Source: Candidatus Eutrophobius brisbanensis
Lineage (GTDB): Bacteria > Pseudomonadota > Gammaproteobacteria > Eutrophobiales > Eutrophobiaceae
DNA: 64,000 nt
Reading direction: 5' to 3'
NCBI GenBank assembly: GCA_038131795.1
Contig: JAYPQE010000003.1
Span: 1,446,048-1,510,047 of the forward strand
Shown here: positions 59,042-64,000 of the stretch, in pieces
Layout: each line of letters begins with the position of its first letter
Position numbering within the stretch: position 1 is the stretch's first letter
Translations under genes and position numbers: made by a program
The notes under the pieces: generated by a model
Database searches by the model: none
What the model was told of the DNA's origin: nothing
What the model saw: only the letters and a program-made list of their open reading frames with translations

Positions 59042-59491
59042 TTATCGACGCGCTTGAAAAAACAGTTTTAATAAATCTACACATTCCGATTCTAAAACAC
59101 CGCCACTGATGGTTGCATGGTGATTTATCCTGTTATTCGAAAAAAGATCGATGACGCTTCCTGCACTTCCGGCCTTTGGATCATATGCACCAAAAATGAC
59201 TCGTTGTATACGGGCATGAAAGATTGCCCCGGCACACATCACACACGGCTCCATGGTACAATATAATGTGGCGTTTTCCAGGCGATAGTTGCCTGTTTTG
59301 CTTGTGGCCGATCGAATTGCCTGAATCTCGGCATGGGCTGTGGGATCACTCAGTGAGATAGGTTTGTTCCATCCCTCACAAACCGGTTCATTATCAATGA
59401 CAATTAATGCCCCAACCGGTACCTCACCTTCCTGCTCAGCCTGTTTGGCGTGCGTGATAGCCTGACGCATCCAGTATTCATCATCATGCAT
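59042..59491 (-). CDS. tadA: tRNA-specific adenosine deaminase
   Basis: HAEIQAI and PCVMCAGA zinc-binding motifs of the cytidine/adenosine deaminase fold. Confidence 0.85.
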   Translation of the reverse strand: MHDDEYWMRQAITHAKQAEQEGEVPVGALIVIDNEPVCEGWNKPISLSDPTAHAEIQAIRSATSKTGNYRLENATLYCTMEPCVMCAGAIFHARIQRVIFGAYDPKAGSAGSVIDLFSNNRINHHATISGGVLESECVDLLKLFFQARR

Positions 59492-59524
59492 GGTCTACTG
59501 GCGATACCCGGTTTTTACCGGATG

Positions 59525-61993
59525 TTAGTCCTTGTTGGTAAGTTGAGATGATATATCAGATAACAGGTCATTATTGGCGTCTTCTGCGGCTTTCTTGGCG
59601 GCCATGGCCCGTTCGCGGATACGCTTCATATGTTCCAGCTGGGTGGTTGAATTGGCATATTCGCGCTCCTGCTCTTCAAGCTCCTCTTTAAAGTCTGCAA
59701 GATCTGCCTGAAGTTGTTTGGCCAATGCCTCCTCTTCGGCCTTTTTCTTGACCAGATCTTCCTGGTTGACCTTTTGTGCCACTGCCACTTCTTCTTGCTT
59801 TTTTTCTGCTTCTGTGGCCTTTTCTGAGGCCTTGGCAAGTTTTTCCTGTGCGGTTTTAATCTTGGATTGCATCTGTTCTTTAACCGCATCACTGGTGGTC
59901 ACATCGGCCTTTGATTGCGCCTGTTTGGCTTTGAGCGCAGTCACTTCTGCCAATGCCGCCCTTTTTAATGCTTCTGCTTCCGCCTTGGCCTTATGCACTT
60001 CCTGTAATGCAGCCTGGATCTTTTTCTGCTCTACTTCAAGCTTCAAGCGCTCTTCCCTGAGTTGTTTCTCCTGCTCTTCCTTCGATTGCTCCTGCTTTGA
60101 CTGCATCTCCTTGATCATTAATTCTGCTTCTTGCTTGGCAGCTGCCCTCGCGGCTTCTGCAATGGCCTTTTCCCTGCGCGCCTTTTCAATTTCCTCATTA
60201 TTTTTTGCAACCTGTTCAGCCAGCTTTCGGCGCTCCATTTCAATCTTCTTCCTGGCCTCTATTTCGATCTTCTTGCGCATCTCTTCCTGGGCCTGTTGCT
60301 GTTTTGGCGTGGCCTCCTCCATGGCTTTTTTAGCCGCCTCCATTTCTGCGCGGATCTTCTCAGCATCCTGCTTATTTTTTCTTGCCTCTTCGGCTTCTTT
60401 CTCCAGGCGTTCCTGTTCTGCTTTCAGCTTTGTCTCAGCCTCGGCCTTAAGCTGCTCAAGTTTTTCCATTTCTTCTGCATTTTTGGCATAGACATCTTCG
60501 ATCTTTTTCTTTTCTGCCTGCATGCGTTGTTCAGCTTCCTGCTGAAGTTTTTTGAGCCGCTCTTCCTCCTGTTGACGCATTTGCTGGATTTCAGTTTCAA
60601 ACTTGGCCCTTTCAGCATTTAACCTTGCCTTATCTTCCTCGAGCTTTTTAGCTGCTTCCTGATTCCGAATGACCGTCTGATCTGATTTTTTCGCGCGTTC
60701 AATTTCCATATTGGTCCGGGTCAGTTCAGCCTCAATGACTGTGGCCTTTATTTCCGGATCCATTTCCTCATCATCGTCATCTGCTGGAGGTGGGGGGGCT
60801 TTGACTTCTGGTTTTGCAGATGGTTTGGGCGTCTCTGGTGTAGTTTCCACAGGTGGCGGTTTTGGAATCTGTGTAACCTCATCCTCTGGATTAAGGTCAG
60901 GATGATTAACCAGGCCTCCGTCGAGGTATTGAGCATTGAGTCCACGATCAGTTAACAGAAATGCACCCGCTGAACTTCTCCCTCCGGTATCACAATACAA
61001 TACATAATTAATATTTGGGTCCAACTTGTCTGCCTGCATTCTAAGAATGTTTAGCGGAATATGAATTGCGTCTTCAATATGGCTTCTTTCATATTCATTT
61101 TTGAATCTGACATCCAGCCATTTTCCACCCTGCTCGACAATCTCTTCCGCCTTGTTTGCAGAAACTGTCTGTAACATCGTTTTTTGAATTAAAGAAACAA
61201 AATTTTCCTTTGTCAGATGGGCGACAATACCATCTGTCTTCATTCTGATAGTGGCATTACGGACGGTTTCCGTTATCAATGCCTCTTCACCAAACCCATC
61301 TCCGGCCGACAACTCAGCCAATTTAAGCTCCTTGGCACCGGGTTTGGTTTGACGCAGTACATCACATTTACCTTCCTGGATGATGTAATAATTTTCACCC
61401 GTCTCTCCCTGGATGATAATATTGTCACCTTTTTTATACTCAACCGGTTCTAATAGTGCAAATAGCTGATGCATATTTGAGGTGGGCATACTTGCAAATA
61501 TTTCTGACTGCAACATCCGTGTCATCCAGTCAATACTTTCATCTTCATCACCTTCGATGACATCCACTTCTACGACAGATGATGCGTCACCCAGGCCATC
61601 TCCAAATTCATCTTCAGCACCACCTTGCCCCTGATGTACAACCAGCAACTTATCAAGCGTATTTCGATCAATTCTCATCACCACAGAATTTACATTGGCA
61701 ACTCCGGAAAATTGACGGGGTTGTAACTGGGCCATGGGATATTTTGAGCGATCTGTTGCAGCCTTGATTGAACTGCTTACCTGACCATTTGCAACCAAAT
61801 TGATCTCACCATCAATTAGATAAAATGAATAGCCGTCCCGGTCACCCTGATTAAATACCTGGCCCTTCTTTTTCAGCTCGATTAAGTCGGCCTTGGTAAT
61901 AATGTCATTTTGTACTTGTGCTGGTAATTCATTGATCGGAATCAACTGGCGTATTACATCAGCGTATTGTTGTTTTTCTTCAGGTATGGCCAT
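59525..61993 (-). CDS. Multidomain protein: two cyclic-nucleotide-binding domains, a rhodanese-like domain, a Pro-rich linker and a long Lys/Glu/Ala-rich coiled coil
   Basis: CAP_ED blocks (FGEEALI...RNATIRM), a rhodanese block (YVLYCDTGGRSS), PKPPPVETTPETPKP, then about 400 aa of AEAEAKLKAEQER-type repeats. Confidence 0.65.
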   Translation of the reverse strand: MAIPEEKQQYADVIRQLIPINELPAQVQNDIITKADLIELKKKGQVFNQGDRDGYSFYLIDGEINLVANGQVSSSIKAATDRSKYPMAQLQPRQFSGVANVNSVVMRIDRNTLDKLLVVHQGQGGAEDEFGDGLGDASSVVEVDVIEGDEDESIDWMTRMLQSEIFASMPTSNMHQLFALLEPVEYKKGDNIIIQGETGENYYIIQEGKCDVLRQTKPGAKELKLAELSAGDGFGEEALITETVRNATIRMKTDGIVAHLTKENFVSLIQKTMLQTVSANKAEEIVEQGGKWLDVRFKNEYERSHIEDAIHIPLNILRMQADKLDPNINYVLYCDTGGRSSAGAFLLTDRGLNAQYLDGGLVNHPDLNPEDEVTQIPKPPPVETTPETPKPSAKPEVKAPPPPADDDDEEMDPEIKATVIEAELTRTNMEIERAKKSDQTVIRNQEAAKKLEEDKARLNAERAKFETEIQQMRQQEEERLKKLQQEAEQRMQAEKKKIEDVYAKNAEEMEKLEQLKAEAETKLKAEQERLEKEAEEARKNKQDAEKIRAEMEAAKKAMEEATPKQQQAQEEMRKKIEIEARKKIEMERRKLAEQVAKNNEEIEKARREKAIAEAARAAAKQEAELMIKEMQSKQEQSKEEQEKQLREERLKLEVEQKKIQAALQEVHKAKAEAEALKRAALAEVTALKAKQAQSKADVTTSDAVKEQMQSKIKTAQEKLAKASEKATEAEKKQEEVAVAQKVNQEDLVKKKAEEEALAKQLQADLADFKEELEEQEREYANSTTQLEHMKRIRERAMAAKKAAEDANNDLLSDISSQLTNKD

Positions 61994-62140
61994 TTTTAAA
62001 AAGAATCTGGTGGTTTATTAGAATATTCCTGGAAATTCCATTTCTAGCATTTTATAAAAACGAAATAAAACAGTATGCTTTCATTATATTAGGGGTAAAA
62101 ATGCTACAGTATTCAAAACCTTTGGGAAACCCGTTTTCTG

Positions 62141-62833
62141 GTGAATTTTTCAACTATGTTTGGTAATTTCCCTCAAATTGATAATTTTTTTGTTTTTCCC
62201 GTAATAATCCTAGGGGTGTTTGGCCTGTTGTTTTTCATACTTGGGCTATTTGCCCTGGCCAATAAGCGAATTATCAAATGCTGCACCCTAAGTGCAATTT
62301 CCTTGGGCTTTCTTTTCACCTCAATACTCATCACCTTAATTGGGGTTAATTTTTATACTTATCATAGACTTAACAAAGAGGCACTGATTGCCTCCATAAA
62401 ATTCTGGCAATTCGGCCCACAGCAATTTCTTGCCGTCCTCTCACAGGGATCTGGAGATGACGTACAAAGCTATCTAATTAATGGGGATGAATGGCAGGTT
62501 GATGCTCGTATCTTGAAATTGAAGTCAACAGCGATAATTGCCGGACTGGATTCAAGATACCGACTGGAGAGGTTATCTGGCCGTTACCGGAATATAGATC
62601 AGGAAAGATATGACCAGCGCAGTGTATTTGATCTGTCTACAGAGCCAGGCCTGGATATTTGGCCATTATTACTGACGCTGCAAAATTATCTGGACTGGAT
62701 AGACACATATTACGGTAACAGTGTTTATTTACCCATGGCTGATCAAGCTAATTATCAAATTGTCCTGACACAATCTGGTATTTTAAGTAGACCGGAAAAT
62801 GAACAAGCAAGGCGAGCAGTTGTTAACTGTTAG
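62141..62833 (+). CDS. Hypothetical membrane protein
   Basis: GTG start and two or three N-terminal transmembrane helices. I recognised no motifs. Confidence 0.4.
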   Translation: MNFSTMFGNFPQIDNFFVFPVIILGVFGLLFFILGLFALANKRIIKCCTLSAISLGFLFTSILITLIGVNFYTYHRLNKEALIASIKFWQFGPQQFLAVLSQGSGDDVQSYLINGDEWQVDARILKLKSTAIIAGLDSRYRLERLSGRYRNIDQERYDQRSVFDLSTEPGLDIWPLLLTLQNYLDWIDTYYGNSVYLPMADQANYQIVLTQSGILSRPENEQARRAVVNC

Positions 62834-64000
62834 CTAAGTTATCAGGAAACGCCATTGTAATTTTTACACCGTTGTTCTCAGGCAGGTTCTCTGCCGTTAC
62901 CGTACCACCATGAAACTCAACCACAAGACGTACAATGTACAAGCCGAGACCCAAGTGTGGTTCTATGTCGTCTTTTTTATCCCGAAAAGATATCATAGAG
63001 TTAAATAGTTCTCTATCCATGGATTCTGGCAATACCTGACCAAAATTCTCCACACTAACTATCCAAAAATCTTCATTCTCTTCCAGTCCAATCTGGATTG
63101 GCGAATCAGGAGATTTAAAGTCTATTGCATTCTTGATTACTTTATCCAACATCTGCACAAATATATCTGCCGCTATATTTTTTGAATGCACCTGACCTGT
63201 AATATTCAGAACAAACTCTACATCGGGAAATGCCACTCTATAGCCTTCAGTGCATTTCGTGACAAGATCACCTATTTCCTCCTGGCGAAATTCGGTGGTT
63301 TGCAGGGCCTGTTCAAGTCTGGTGGCCTCACTTAAACGAACCACAATGGTGTTCAGTCTATGTATCCCTTCCCGGGCTCGTTCAAGATAGGTTGTTTTAT
63401 CATGTTCATCATGGGTTTCCTTCAGTTGGTCCAATGATGACTGCACCACCGTCATAGGAGTACGCAATTCATGGGACAACCTGCCGGCCAATTTTTCTAG
63501 ATACTGGTTATACTCCTTCAATCTGTCTAGCATTGCGGCATAATTTCGTGATAAGTCACCGATTTCATCTGTAGACTTGCTGGTTTTAAAACTGCCGACT
63601 ACCCGACCATGTTGATCGATTGCCGATGCAGCATCACGTTCCAGTTGTCTGATACGAATAGATAAGCGGGTGGCAAAGATAAGCAGTAATAAGGTGACGA
63701 ATATAAAAACAAATAATGACTTGTTAAATAATGATGCCATGGCCTGCCGTTGCTGAATCTGAATATGCGAGGTGGTCTCTTCCACCACGACCACTCCGTT
63801 TGGTCTATCATTTATCATGACCGGTGCGGCGGCCGAGACAATGATTGCCCTGTCATCTGGCGAAGTACGCCATCTACTGCCGGGGATTCCCTGTAATGCT
63901 GTACTGATTTCATCGCCTTGTAGTCGGGATGCCCCCGATAGATCATCACTGAATCTTTGATGGACTGGAGGCAACAATAAACTATAGAGCAAATTAAAAG
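62823..64000 (-). CDS. Sensor histidine kinase (5' end probably beyond the window)
   Basis: HisKA H-box SHELRTPM, HATPase_c G-box blocks, and a TM helix LFVFIFVTLLLLIFA. The frame is still open at the window edge. Confidence 0.8.
   Translation of the reverse strand, partial: FNLLYSLLLPPVHQRFSDDLSGASRLQGDEISTALQGIPGSRWRTSPDDRAIIVSAAAPVMINDRPNGVVVVEETTSHIQIQQRQAMASLFNKSLFVFIFVTLLLLIFATRLSIRIRQLERDAASAIDQHGRVVGSFKTSKSTDEIGDLSRNYAAMLDRLKEYNQYLEKLAGRLSHELRTPMTVVQSSLDQLKETHDEHDKTTYLERAREGIHRLNTIVVRLSEATRLEQALQTTEFRQEEIGDLVTKCTEGYRVAFPDVEFVLNITGQVHSKNIAADIFVQMLDKVIKNAIDFKSPDSPIQIGLEENEDFWIVSVENFGQVLPESMDRELFNSMISFRDKKDDIEPHLGLGLYIVRLVVEFHGGTVTAENLPENNGVKITMAFPDNLANS

Noticed and set aside
59626-60945. 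Several 60-260-aa ORFs on both strands inside the coiled-coil region of the 822-aa gene
   Set aside because: Low-complexity GAA/GCT/AAG repeats keep alternative frames open. None has a plausible start context or any homology.

Overview
This 64-kb window appears to be chromosomal DNA from a Gram-negative, probably marine gammaproteobacterium. The 3' quarter (about 52–59 kb) carries a core-gene block in the Pseudomonas-like order recA-recX-alaS-lysC-csrA-tRNA-Ser. The middle of the window is dominated by three paralogous, co-directional three-gene modules on the minus strand. Each module encodes a secreted ~800-aa protein with two CxxCH heme motifs (the planctomycete-type DUF1587/1592/1595/1588/1585 family), then a Tat-exported DUF1552 protein carrying the HXXSHH motif, then a secreted ankyrin-repeat protein. 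One module runs straight on into a small cytochrome c and a PQQ beta-propeller dehydrogenase. A 2-kb islet sits at a tRNA-Arg(ACG) gene, bounded by a 44-nt duplicate of the tRNA 3' half. It encodes a DGQHR-motif (DndB-like, ParB-nuclease superfamily) protein plus a small acidic protein and may be a defence element. Other content includes several ABC transporters and a ZraP/Spy-like periplasmic protein with Gly-Met-His-rich repeats. A TonB receptor, a beta-lactamase-fold hydrolase, an amidase and two amidohydrolases form a hydrolase cluster. There are two apparent pseudogenes: ndh carries one in-frame TAG, and an AlgJ/DHHW-like acyltransferase has decayed. A family of small palindromic intergenic repeats (GTCATTC-stem-loop-GAATGAC) recurs through the window. 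I found no rRNA, CRISPR array or intact mobile element.
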